Shown: positions 10,828-19,509 of the stretch, piece by piece
How positions within the stretch are numbered: the stretch's first letter is position 1
How the letters are laid out: each line of letters begins with the position of its first letter
Source: Candidatus Binatia bacterium
Lineage (GTDB): Bacteria; Desulfobacterota; Binatia; HRBIN30
DNA: 32,039 nucleotides
Assembly (NCBI GenBank): GCA_038245295.1
Contig: JBBRSP010000047.1
Location: 1-32,039 of the forward strand
Direction: 5' to 3'
Notes under the pieces: model-generated
Told to the model about the DNA's origin: nothing
Seen by the model: the letters and a program-made list of their open reading frames with translations, nothing else
Database searches by the model: none
Program-made: the position numbers and the translations under genes

Positions 10828-11608
10828 GCTGGTCACCGCGGCCGTTGCGATCCCTCTACTCATCCTGATCGTCTTTCAGGCCTCGCCGTGGCCAATCTCG
10901 ATCCTGATTCTGGCCATCGCGGCGGTCGGCATGGCGGAATTCGCCGGCATGGCGTTTCCCAATCAACGCTTCGAAAAACTCTTCACCGTCGTCGGCGGCA
11001 CGGCGATCGCCCTCGCCGCGGCCTTCCCGGCTCCGGCAATTCAGGCCACCCTCGCGGCTACGTTCATCGTTGGCCTCACCTGGGTTCTCGTGTCGCGTCC
11101 TGATTTTGAAAACGGCCTGCGCGATCTAGGGCTGGCTCTGGTCGGCATATTGTATGTTGGCTTTCTGTTGCCACACTTCATCTTGCTGCACGAGATTGGG
11201 CCACTCGGACCACGCTGGGTTTTTTGGGTCATCGCCATCGGCATGGCCGGCGACACATCCGGCTACTTCGTTGGCAAATCCTTCGGCCGCCATAAGCTGA
11301 TCCCGCATGTCAGCCCGGGCAAGACCGTCGAAGGCGCGGTCGGGATTCTTGCCGGGAGCTGTTTGATTGGCGTCCTGTTCAATTTCATTCTGCAGCTTGG
11401 CCTGACGCCCACGACGGCGCTGTTGCTCTCCGGTGTGATGGGGATCATCGGGCAAATCGGTGACCTGACCGAATCCGTGATCAAACGCGCCTTCGGCTCC
11501 AAGGAGTCGGGTTGGATCATCCCCGGCCACGGCGGCGTGCTCGATCGCATCGATAGTCTGCTTTTCCCCCTAGTATTTCTGTATTACCATCTTATGTTCG
11601 TGCGCTAA
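10814..11608 (+). CDS. cdsA: Phosphatidate cytidylyltransferase
   Basis: Polytopic membrane protein with SPGKTVEG and GDLTESVIKR....KESG.IIPGHGGVLDRIDS. Confidence 0.97.
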   Translation: MLRARLVTAAVAIPLLILIVFQASPWPISILILAIAAVGMAEFAGMAFPNQRFEKLFTVVGGTAIALAAAFPAPAIQATLAATFIVGLTWVLVSRPDFENGLRDLGLALVGILYVGFLLPHFILLHEIGPLGPRWVFWVIAIGMAGDTSGYFVGKSFGRHKLIPHVSPGKTVEGAVGILAGSCLIGVLFNFILQLGLTPTTALLLSGVMGIIGQIGDLTESVIKRAFGSKESGWIIPGHGGVLDRIDSLLFPLVFLYYHLMFVR

Positions 11609-11633
11609 CCAATCGCGCGCAGATGGAGTCGAT

Positions 11634-12704
11634 ATGTTTATCCTCGCGTCTATTCTCGTCCTTGGATTCTTGATCGTTTTTCACGAGCTCGGGCACTTCT
11701 TGGTCGCCAAACGTGTCGGCGTAGGTGTTCTCAAGTTCTCCGTCGGCTTCGGCCCGACACTCTTCGGCCGCAAGATCGGCAACACCGAGTATGTGATCAG
11801 CGCCATCCCGCTCGGTGGCTTCGTCAAGATGGTTGGCGAAGATCCCGACGAAGAGCTCACCGACAACGATCGAAAAGTAGCTTTCCAGACACAGGCGCTG
11901 TGGAAGCGCCTTGCCATCGTGCTCGCCGGACCAGCGGCCAATCTGCTGCTCGCCTTCCTGGTATTTTCCTTCGTGTTTGCCGCCTTCGGCGCCCGCGTTC
12001 CCACGGAAGTTGCCAAAGTCGGTGGTGTGACAGAAGGCATGCCCGCTGCGGCGGCCGGCTTGCAAGCCGGCGACGTGATCACCTCGATCAACAGCAAGCC
12101 GATTGAAAAGTGGGAGCAACTTTCGGAAGCCATTCGCGCCAGCGAGGGCAAGCCGGTGACGTTGAACGTGCAGCGCGCCGGAAGCGCGGTCCAGATCGAA
12201 GTGACACCGCAGGCGCAACCTGACAAGACCATCTTTGGCGAGACCGTCGGCACCGCCTACCTGATCGGCGTCGAACGCGGCATGGAGATCCAAAACGTCG
12301 GCGTGATCACCGCCCTCAGCATGGGAGTCTCGCAGACCGTTTCGTGGTCCGAAATCCTGCTCACCGGCGTCGGCAAGATGCTCCAGGGCAAGGTGTCCGC
12401 CAAGGAAATCGGCGGGCCGATCCAGATCGTCAAGGAAGCCGGCAAACAAGCGCGCGCCGGCTGGGAAAATCTTCTTTACTTCATGGCCGTCATCAGCGTG
12501 AATCTCGGCGTTCTCAATCTGCTGCCCATCCCCGTTCTGGATGGCGGACATCTGGTCTTCTTCGCCTTCGAAGCCGTCTTGCGCCGCCCGCTCGATCTGC
12601 GTCACCGCGAGATCGCCCAACAGTTCGGTTTCGTGGTGCTGGTTTGCCTGATGGTGTTTGCCTTCTACAATGACATCACGCGCCTGATCCAAGGCTGGGG
12701 CTGA
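11634..12704 (+). CDS. rseP: Intramembrane metalloprotease RseP (one PDZ domain)
   Basis: HELGH, FSVGFG, IPLGGFVKM, AGPAAN, a PDZ segment (PAAAAGLQAGD) and NLLPIPVLDGG. Confidence 0.97.
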   Translation: MFILASILVLGFLIVFHELGHFLVAKRVGVGVLKFSVGFGPTLFGRKIGNTEYVISAIPLGGFVKMVGEDPDEELTDNDRKVAFQTQALWKRLAIVLAGPAANLLLAFLVFSFVFAAFGARVPTEVAKVGGVTEGMPAAAAGLQAGDVITSINSKPIEKWEQLSEAIRASEGKPVTLNVQRAGSAVQIEVTPQAQPDKTIFGETVGTAYLIGVERGMEIQNVGVITALSMGVSQTVSWSEILLTGVGKMLQGKVSAKEIGGPIQIVKEAGKQARAGWENLLYFMAVISVNLGVLNLLPIPVLDGGHLVFFAFEAVLRRPLDLRHREIAQQFGFVVLVCLMVFAFYNDITRLIQGWG

Positions 12705-12737
12705 CCGGGGTTTGCCGAGCCAGGCGGGTCGGAACTC

Positions 12738-12755
12738 CGCAGGCTAAAGCCTGCG
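12738..12755. repeat. REP-type palindrome CGCAGGC-TAAA-GCCTGCG
   Basis: Perfect 7-bp stem with the same core as the copies at 22801 and 23757. Confidence 0.8.
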
Positions 12756-12808
12756 ACGTGTGTGCAGCGACTTTTGACGTGGCAACCGCAGGTGATGGAG
12801 AAAACCCC

Positions 12809-13345
12809 GTGGTGACACTCGAACCCGCAACCCGCGCCGACGGGGTCCTGCTCGCCAACCTTCTCGAGCTCTACAGCCACGACATGAGCGAGATCTTCGC
12901 CGTTGAAGTGGGCGCCGACGGCCGCTTCGGTTACTCGAAGTTGCCGCTCTACTTCTCACAACCCGAGCAACGCTTTCCATTCTTGATTCGCCGCGACGGT
13001 GAGGTGGCCGGATTTGCTCTCGCCATGCGCGGCTCACCTGCCAGCGACGATCCGCAGTCTCTCGATGTCGCCGAGTTCTTTGTGCTGCGCCGCTTGCGCC
13101 GTTTCGGTGTTGGCCGCGAGGCAGCCCGCCTTCTATGGGACAGAATCCGGGGAACTTGGTTCGTGCGTGTCTCGATCGGCAACCGCGCCGGCATTCCATT
13201 CTGGGAATCGGTCATCGACGAGTACAGCGCCGGCGCCTACTCGCAGCGTGAACAGCCTGGTGGAGAGCATCCCTGGCGGGTGTTCTCGTTCGAGAGTCCT
13301 GGAGCCAGCCCGCCGCGCTTGGGTCCAAGTCCTCTCAAGGAGTGA
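12809..13345 (+). CDS. GNAT-family N-acetyltransferase
   Basis: LANLLELYSHDMSE, AGFAL, VAEFFVLRRLRRFGVGREAA (acetyl-CoA motif A) and N..G..FW. GTG start chosen from the GGAG RBS; the ORF extends back to 12758. Confidence 0.85.
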   Translation: MVTLEPATRADGVLLANLLELYSHDMSEIFAVEVGADGRFGYSKLPLYFSQPEQRFPFLIRRDGEVAGFALAMRGSPASDDPQSLDVAEFFVLRRLRRFGVGREAARLLWDRIRGTWFVRVSIGNRAGIPFWESVIDEYSAGAYSQREQPGGEHPWRVFSFESPGASPPRLGPSPLKE

Positions 13346-13383
13346 ACGTCTGGCCGGGCGCGGCGCCAAGGCCGCAGTCCCTT

Positions 13384-14856
13384 TCAGTCGGGCTGTCGGA
13401 GCTCATAGACCGCCATCTGCATCCCGAAGTCGACGCGCTGGGCCGCGTGGTTTTCGATCCATTCGTGGATCGCGGCGCCTTCCGGAAACAGATAGGCGTA
13501 GTGGGTCCACAACACCCGCACCGGCCACCGCGTCGCCACGGCCGCGTCGAGGTCCTTCAGCGCGAAGAAACGCCACTCCTGTCGCACCGCGGTAGGTGCG
13601 TAGAACTTGATATACGGTCCGCCGTTCAGCAGCACCACAACATCCCCTGGGCGGATTGTTTTCTCGAGATACTCGCCGGCGCCGCGCCAGTCCTCGCGCG
13701 GAGAGCGATAGTAGGCGGGCAACTGCGGAATCGCCGTTGCCAAGAGACCGAGCGTGAGACAAGCACTGGCCAAGGTGGCGACCGGCAGGTCGCGGCGTGG
13801 TGACAGACGCTCGACGACAGCCACAGCGGCGCGCGCCGTGGCTTCTACTCCGGCTGCAACGAGCAGGAGGTATGGCGGCAAGATGAACAGCACCTGGCGC
13901 ACGTTGAAGAAGTAATGCACGAGCTGATCCGACAACACGACGAGCGGCAAGGTGGCACCGACCCAGAGCGCCAGCATAAGGCCTAGTGCGCTGTCGCGCC
14001 GGGTACAGATCCCCAACCCGATCAACGCGAAGGCGAACCACAACGGCCAATACTTCGGATTGCCGCCGCTCAAGGTGGTCAGGGTTTCGCGCACCAGCTC
14101 CCAGGTAAACGGCGGCGGCTCGATCGCCGGACGGTTGCCGACTTCGTAGCGTACGGCGAACAAGACCCACGGCACGAAGCCGACGCCGCCGACGAGCGCC
14201 GCGATCGTGAATCGTAGGAAGCGCTGGTAAGCGGGCGTGCGTGCGCGCGACCGAGAGAGCGACTGTCCCAGCGCGTAGACGCCATGAAAGGCGGCGAGCA
14301 GCACGGTGTAGTAGTGCGTGTAGAGGCCGGCGACGAGGCACAGCGAGTATCGCATCCACAGCCCTGTGCGATTGCGCTCCGAGGCGACCAGGAAACACTC
14401 GGTCGCGATCAGCGTCAGCAGCACGAACGAGGCATAGAAACGTAGCTCCTGCGAGTACCAGATATGAAAGCTGCTGAACGTCAGAAGCAGCGCGGCGATG
14501 ATGCCGGTCTCCGCCGACACGAGGCGCCGGCCCAGCCGCGCCAACCAGTATACCGACAATGTTCCCCACAACGCCGGCGGCAGCCGCAGCACCCATTCAC
14601 TGTGCGACAGCCGCACCATCACGCTGGTGATCAGATAGTCGAGCGGCGCCGCGCCGTGGTGCGCCTCGACGCCGGCAAGAATAGCGCGCAAAGAAGTTTC
14701 CGCCGCCACCGCCGCCTGCGCCACTTCATCGAACCACAAACTGCGCGACCCGAGACGATACAACCGCAACGCCGCAGCGATGGTCAGGATGGATCCCAGC
14801 ACCCAGCGGCTGTCGGCCGCGGCTGATGGCGGCGGGCGGTGAATCGGTGCGGACAT
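13384..14856 (-). CDS. GT-C superfamily membrane glycosyltransferase (PMT/ArnT-like)
   Basis: LRLYRLG.RSLWFDE, H..PL.Y, SEWVLRLP..L.G, HIWYSQELRFYA and LYTHYY, with many TM segments. Start at MSAPIH follows an AGGGGG RBS. Confidence 0.85.
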   Translation of the reverse strand: MSAPIHRPPPSAAADSRWVLGSILTIAAALRLYRLGSRSLWFDEVAQAAVAAETSLRAILAGVEAHHGAAPLDYLITSVMVRLSHSEWVLRLPPALWGTLSVYWLARLGRRLVSAETGIIAALLLTFSSFHIWYSQELRFYASFVLLTLIATECFLVASERNRTGLWMRYSLCLVAGLYTHYYTVLLAAFHGVYALGQSLSRSRARTPAYQRFLRFTIAALVGGVGFVPWVLFAVRYEVGNRPAIEPPPFTWELVRETLTTLSGGNPKYWPLWFAFALIGLGICTRRDSALGLMLALWVGATLPLVVLSDQLVHYFFNVRQVLFILPPYLLLVAAGVEATARAAVAVVERLSPRRDLPVATLASACLTLGLLATAIPQLPAYYRSPREDWRGAGEYLEKTIRPGDVVVLLNGGPYIKFYAPTAVRQEWRFFALKDLDAAVATRWPVRVLWTHYAYLFPEGAAIHEWIENHAAQRVDFGMQMAVYELRQPD

Positions 14857-14939
14857 CCCCCTGTCAGTATCAGCGGTCGGTCGACTTGCGCCAGCCCGAC
14901 GGCGCTCCGGAGGGCTTTGCACGGCAATTCAGATGCGAG

Positions 14940-15100
14940 GCCTTCGAGACGCCGCCAAACATCCTTCGAGACGGCACCAGAAGAAAGGTGCCTCCTCAGG
15001 AGGCGGCTCCTCAGGCCGAACGGTTAGATAGTTGCGCTCTAAGCTAAATTTCCGCTCGCTCTGAGGAGGCCGCATCGTTTCAGCGGCCGTCTCGAAGGGC
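14940..15100. repeat. Composite palindromic element (CCTTCGAGACG...CTCCTCAGG ... CTGAGGAG...CGTCTCGAAGG) with a second arm nested in the left arm
   Basis: CCTTCGAGACG at 14941 and 14963, CTCCTCAGG twice, and an inverted arm CTGAGGAGGCCGC...GCGGCCGTCTCGAAGG at 15061-15098. Confidence 0.8.
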
Positions 15101-15361
15101 ATTCTCGAATTGGCGTGCAACGCCGCTCGGGGGCGCCGCGCCGACGCCCCGCGCTCGAGATTCACGCACACGTCCTGGGCGGGCCGAGGCTATCGCAAAG
15201 TACAACCTGACTCCCAGTGGAAATCCAGCAACACGTCTTAGCTATGCAGTGATTCCAAAAGGTACGACCATTTACGTCGGCCGAGTTTGGGGCGGCAATG
15301 CCATTCAGATTTTCACTCCACAGCCGGAGAGAGTCATCTTCCTCGGATCGAGGTCCTTGCC

Positions 15362-15799
15362 ATGACCAACTCGTTGATTCCGATTGCGATCGCCATGATC
15401 CCTATCGTTGACGATCGCCCCCAACGCGTTCCAGTCGGAGGCTGGCCGCACCTTCGTGCTACGTTGCTCAAGGTACTCGTCGGCCCGTACGAGTATGTCT
15501 CCGCGACGGCGCGAATTGATGGGCCACCGTTAGATGCTCGGCTCTTTGCCGATCCTCTGGCCTGCCTACCCACCTCTGTGCTTGAGGAGCCGGTTCGGTT
15601 CCTACTCCTAACGCCTCCTCTCGTTGCCGGAGAGGGTCCGTATTTGCCGGAAGACCTTATTGGGAGAATCCATGGGCGAGACGGATGGAAGGCATGGATA
15701 TCCGGCTGTGGTTCTCTCCAGGATCTACCGGAGAGCGCATCGGACGTGCGTCCGCCAGAAGTCCTGCTGCTCGGACTCGGTGTGGTCCGCGCCCAGTGA
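15362..15799 (+). CDS. Hypothetical protein
   Basis: GAGG upstream of the ATG and co-oriented with the downstream genes. No motif recognised. Confidence 0.45.
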   Translation: MTNSLIPIAIAMIPIVDDRPQRVPVGGWPHLRATLLKVLVGPYEYVSATARIDGPPLDARLFADPLACLPTSVLEEPVRFLLLTPPLVAGEGPYLPEDLIGRIHGRDGWKAWISGCGSLQDLPESASDVRPPEVLLLGLGVVRAQ

Positions 15800-15865
15800 C
15801 GGCGGGACTGAGCTTGCCGTGTGCCCGCCTATACGCAGTTCAACTGGTGTTGTCGGAGGTGAACC

Positions 15866-16267
15866 ATGAAAAGTAGGATCGTCTTCGTCTGGCTTGTATT
15901 GCAAATTTCAGGCTCAATCGCCTATCCGCAAACGGCTCGAATTGAGCGCGCCAACCTTCATGGCGGCGGCTGGAAGAGCGACGGGAAGTCCCAGCGAGCG
16001 GCTCAAAGATGGACGCTCGACGTGAAGCGCGCCGCCGATGACACGGTTAGCGGGCGAGTCATTCTTGCGGATTCACCGCTAGCTTCGGCGGGTAACGTCA
16101 GGGGCCATATTGTCGGCACCAATTTCAGCGGCTCGGTAACGGACGACGATGGCAACCTGGTCGCCAAGCTCGCCGGCCGTGTCAGCAAGCAAGGAATCGA
16201 CGGCACGTACACCGACCGCACTGGGGAAACCGGCGAATGGCACTGGGAAGGCGCGCTGCCCGAGTGA
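15866..16267 (+). CDS. Hypothetical secreted beta-rich protein
   Basis: GGAGGTG RBS, signal peptide MKSRIVFVWLVLQISGSIA, and alternating beta-strand pattern with G-x-W/Y motifs. Confidence 0.75.
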   Translation: MKSRIVFVWLVLQISGSIAYPQTARIERANLHGGGWKSDGKSQRAAQRWTLDVKRAADDTVSGRVILADSPLASAGNVRGHIVGTNFSGSVTDDDGNLVAKLAGRVSKQGIDGTYTDRTGETGEWHWEGALPE

Positions 16268-16328
16268 TCTACGCCATCGGTCATTGCCCTGTTTGGTTGT
16301 GAATCCGCGCGGCGCTGAGGGGAGCATC

Positions 16329-18230
16329 ATGAAGAATGAAGCGTTACGCCTCTGGACAGTTCTCTTCGTTGGCATGCTCACCTGCGGCAGGGCGAACGGT
16401 CAGCCCATCCGCGGCAGTGGGCAGAACCCGGCAACGGATCGGTTCGGCTGCCAGCATCTCTGGTACGTCACCAACCCGGGCAACCCGCTCGATCGGCACG
16501 GTCTCGTTAGCTATCGCCAGACGTGCGTTGATGGCGACCCGGCTTGCGACTTCGACCCGACGCCCGGTGTGTGCGGTTTCCAAGCGTCGCTGTGCTTCAA
16601 CAACGCCGAACCATCGCTGCCGCGCTGCAGGCCTGGAGGCCTGGGATCGCTTGCTGTCAGCTGGCCAAATCCGGCGCGCTTGCACGAGCCTACTCTGGCT
16701 GCCGCGGCAACAGCGAATGTCGCCGCGATTGAATTCGTGTCGCAGCACCTGCTCGATCCGCTCAACGCAGGTGCGGGCTTCGTTACTTCGTTGCCGCTGG
16801 CGCCGGCGCAGCGCAACTTCTGCGGTGCGCCGTTTCTTCTGCGCCTTCCGGTGCAACTGTCGAACCTGCGGCCGACGCGGACGCGCATGACCATACGCAC
16901 ACGCTCACTGGACGCCGCCTCACCTCCGAACGCCGACCGGGCACAGTTGCGACTGACGTGCATCGCCGCCGTACCGCACCCGACACTGATTCCAACGTCG
17001 ACCCGAACGTCGACCGAAACCCCTACCGTCACCGTCACGCCCACCGTTACGCCGACACCGTCATCGACGCCGAGCCCGACGTCGACGCCAACCGGAACTG
17101 ACACGCCGACGCCGACGCCAACCAGGACACCGAGCACCTGTGGCAACGGTATGGTCGAAGCCGGCGAAGCCTGCGACGACGGCGGGATTTGCACCGGTGG
17201 CAGCAACGCCGGCACGATTTGCACCGACGAATCGCAGTGTGCGGGAGCCGGTGTATGCGACGGCGGCAATCACTTCGGGCGCGTCTGCGCCGATGACGCC
17301 GACTGCCCGGACGCCGCCTGCATTCGCTGCCGTCCGATCGGTGGCGACGGCTGTGCCGCCAACTGCACCGCCGAGCATGATGTGACGATGAACCTCGTGC
17401 CCGGGGGCATCTATGGGTTCGGGTTCGCGCCCGGCACGAGCGGCGCGGTACTACACGGCGACGTTCTTACCGTGCCGTTGTTGGTGTCGGGAAGCATGGC
17501 TCTGACCATGGGCGACGCTCGAAGCGATGGTCTGGTCCCGTTTGTTGTCCGCGCCAGCAGTGTACAGCTTCCGAAGATCCCCGTTTCAACACTGGCCTGC
17601 GGATGTATTCGCGCTGTTGCCTACCAGACGTGTGGAGGTAGCGTGTTTGAATCGGATGGCAGCGAGTCGCCCTCATGCACCTCCGGTTTCCTTGGTGAGG
17701 TGAGTTGTCCTGCCGACAGGCCGTGTGCACCGGTGCATGGTTCCGGCAACGCCGCCGCCGGTGTTGTTGGCTGCGGTACCGCTGGGCTTCGTGGTGTCGA
17801 TGCGCTTCTCGACATAGATGCCGGCGGCCAGTTGATGACACCAGGACCGCTGCAGGCATCGCTGAGTGGGGTCGGCGCACCCGGGTCTGTGGTTGCCCTT
17901 CTGACGCTTGCCGAGGGCCTGCACATTGGCAGTTGCCCGACGTCCTTCTGCGGCTCGTCCGATCTCGTGGAAGAGCGCGGTCAACCCGCCACCTTCCCAT
18001 GGACAACCGGGCAAACCGCCGCGATCGTGCGCAACGCCAACGGGATGGACGGGTTCGATATCGTCGACCCGAATACCGCCGATATCTACTCGATTTCAGG
18101 CCAGCCACTCAGCTGCGGCGGACTCGCGAGCAACAATCTGAGCGGCTTATCGCTGGTTGCCGCGTGGCCGCAGTTGGGCACAGCGACGCTCGGGGATCTG
18201 GTCATCACCACGGGCTTCAAGGCGCAGTAG
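16329..18230 (+). CDS. Secreted multi-domain Cys-rich protein with a Pro/Thr linker and a myxobacterial-type disulfide repeat
   Basis: GGAG RBS and signal peptide. CVDGDPACDFD...C.F...LCFN domain, (TP)n linker, CGNGMVEAGEACDDG...GDGCAANC repeat, and a Cys/Gly-rich C-terminal domain. Confidence 0.85.
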   Translation: MKNEALRLWTVLFVGMLTCGRANGQPIRGSGQNPATDRFGCQHLWYVTNPGNPLDRHGLVSYRQTCVDGDPACDFDPTPGVCGFQASLCFNNAEPSLPRCRPGGLGSLAVSWPNPARLHEPTLAAAATANVAAIEFVSQHLLDPLNAGAGFVTSLPLAPAQRNFCGAPFLLRLPVQLSNLRPTRTRMTIRTRSLDAASPPNADRAQLRLTCIAAVPHPTLIPTSTRTSTETPTVTVTPTVTPTPSSTPSPTSTPTGTDTPTPTPTRTPSTCGNGMVEAGEACDDGGICTGGSNAGTICTDESQCAGAGVCDGGNHFGRVCADDADCPDAACIRCRPIGGDGCAANCTAEHDVTMNLVPGGIYGFGFAPGTSGAVLHGDVLTVPLLVSGSMALTMGDARSDGLVPFVVRASSVQLPKIPVSTLACGCIRAVAYQTCGGSVFESDGSESPSCTSGFLGEVSCPADRPCAPVHGSGNAAAGVVGCGTAGLRGVDALLDIDAGGQLMTPGPLQASLSGVGAPGSVVALLTLAEGLHIGSCPTSFCGSSDLVEERGQPATFPWTTGQTAAIVRNANGMDGFDIVDPNTADIYSISGQPLSCGGLASNNLSGLSLVAAWPQLGTATLGDLVITTGFKAQ

Positions 18231-18261
18231 GGAACTGAGGCCTCCCGTCTCATCCGGGGCA

Positions 18262-18361
18262 TGTCGAATCCCCCCCCCGCGCCCCCGCCCCCGCCTGCGT
18301 TGGTCGCGATGCAAGCCGAAGCGCAGGGGCACGGGCACGGGCGAAGGCGGGGGATTCGACA
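18262..18361. repeat. ~100-bp imperfect hairpin of 6-bp GC repeats with perfect 13-bp outer arms
   Basis: TGTCGAATCCCCC at 18262 is inverted as GGGGGATTCGACA ending at 18361. Inner CCCGCC units face GGGCAC units. Confidence 0.75.
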
Positions 18362-18440
18362 CCCTCCCTGCTGCCGCCTGTGCCCCTGGCATCAATCCAC
18401 CACCGTTGCCGACCGCCGGCGCCTATGCGATCTCCCCCCG

Positions 18441-19121
18441 GTGCGTATTCTCGGAATCGACACCGCCACCTGGTGCGCCGCCGTGGGTTTGTGGGAAGAC
18501 GGCCGCGTCGTGGCTGACCAGAAGCAGCAGACCACCGGCAACCACGCCGTCGCCTTGCTCGGGATGATCGATTCCGTGCTGAACAGTGCCGGTTGGGGTG
18601 TCGAATCCCTGTCGGCGATTGGTGTTGCTGCCGGGCCAGGGTCGTTCACGGGCTTGCGGGTCGGGTTGAGCACAGCCAAGGGCTTGGCCTTTGCTCGAAA
18701 CATTGACCTCGTCGCCGTGCCGACACTCACCGCCTTGGCCGCCACGGTGCAACAATCGTACGACCGCGTTACGCCGATCCTCGATGCCCGCAAAGATGAG
18801 CTCTATGCCGCCAGCTTTCGCGTCATCGACGGTCGACTGACTGCCGACCTCGACGCCTGTCTGATCACTCCCGCGCGTCTTTTCGAGAGATTGCCCGCCC
18901 CGGGCGCCGTGCTGGGGGATGCGTTGCTGCGGTATACCGAGTCATTTGCCGAAGCCTGGGGTGGCCGGGCCGATTTGTTGCCGTTCGAGACCCATGGTCC
19001 GCGCGGCAGCACGGTCGCCCGACTTGCGGCGGAGCGCCTGGCCCAGGGGCCGGCCGACCCCCTGGCCGCCATTGAGCCGTTCTATATTCGTCAATCAGAG
19101 GCCGAAACGAAGCGGGCCTAA
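18441..19121 (+). CDS. tsaB: tRNA t6A biosynthesis protein TsaB
   Basis: RILGIDTAT, H...L...I, GPGSFTGLRVG....KGLA, VPTL and LDARKDELY. C-terminal P.Y.R.SEAE. Confidence 0.95.
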   Translation: MRILGIDTATWCAAVGLWEDGRVVADQKQQTTGNHAVALLGMIDSVLNSAGWGVESLSAIGVAAGPGSFTGLRVGLSTAKGLAFARNIDLVAVPTLTALAATVQQSYDRVTPILDARKDELYAASFRVIDGRLTADLDACLITPARLFERLPAPGAVLGDALLRYTESFAEAWGGRADLLPFETHGPRGSTVARLAAERLAQGPADPLAAIEPFYIRQSEAETKRA

Positions 19122-19198
19122 TGGCCTGAAATCCTTGTAGGGCCATCGGCCCTGGGCTAAGTCAGGGCGACGGAACTCTAGTTCGGAGAGCGAGAATT

Positions 19199-19435
19199 AT
19201 GGAAAGAAAAGACGAAGAGCTGATCAAGACGCTTATCGGGCAGGATGCGGACCTCAAGCAATTTTACGAGGAGCACCTGACCCTGGAGCGCCAACTCAAC
19301 GAACTGAACAAGCGCGGCCACCTCACCCCGGAACAAGAGGTGGAGCGCAAACAGCTGCAAAAGACCAAATTGGCGGGCATGGATCGCATCATGAAGATCC
19401 TCGACCGCCACCGTGGTCCCGACGCGACCGCCTGA
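19199..19435 (+). CDS. YdcH/DUF465-family small coiled-coil protein
   Basis: L...Y.EH..LE..L.....R.HLTPE...E.K.L.K.KL...D.I pattern. Typical position after tsaB. Confidence 0.85.
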   Translation: MERKDEELIKTLIGQDADLKQFYEEHLTLERQLNELNKRGHLTPEQEVERKQLQKTKLAGMDRIMKILDRHRGPDATA

Positions 19436-19509
19436 GGGCGGCGCGCCACACCTATTCAACCCACACGTCCGCGCCACGGCGCGGGACGTCGATCTGCAAC
19501 GAGAGACCT

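Noticed and set aside
18261..18440. Long N-terminal extension of TsaB in the ORF track (similar for 1443-1502, 16149-16328, 24596-24739, 26041-26094 and 27318-27365)
   Set aside because: These extensions run through repeats or neighbouring genes. Downstream starts fit RBSs, start/stop overlaps and family N-termini.
12705..18440. Prophage or integrative element
   Set aside because: No integrase, phage or conjugation genes and no att-like direct repeats seen.
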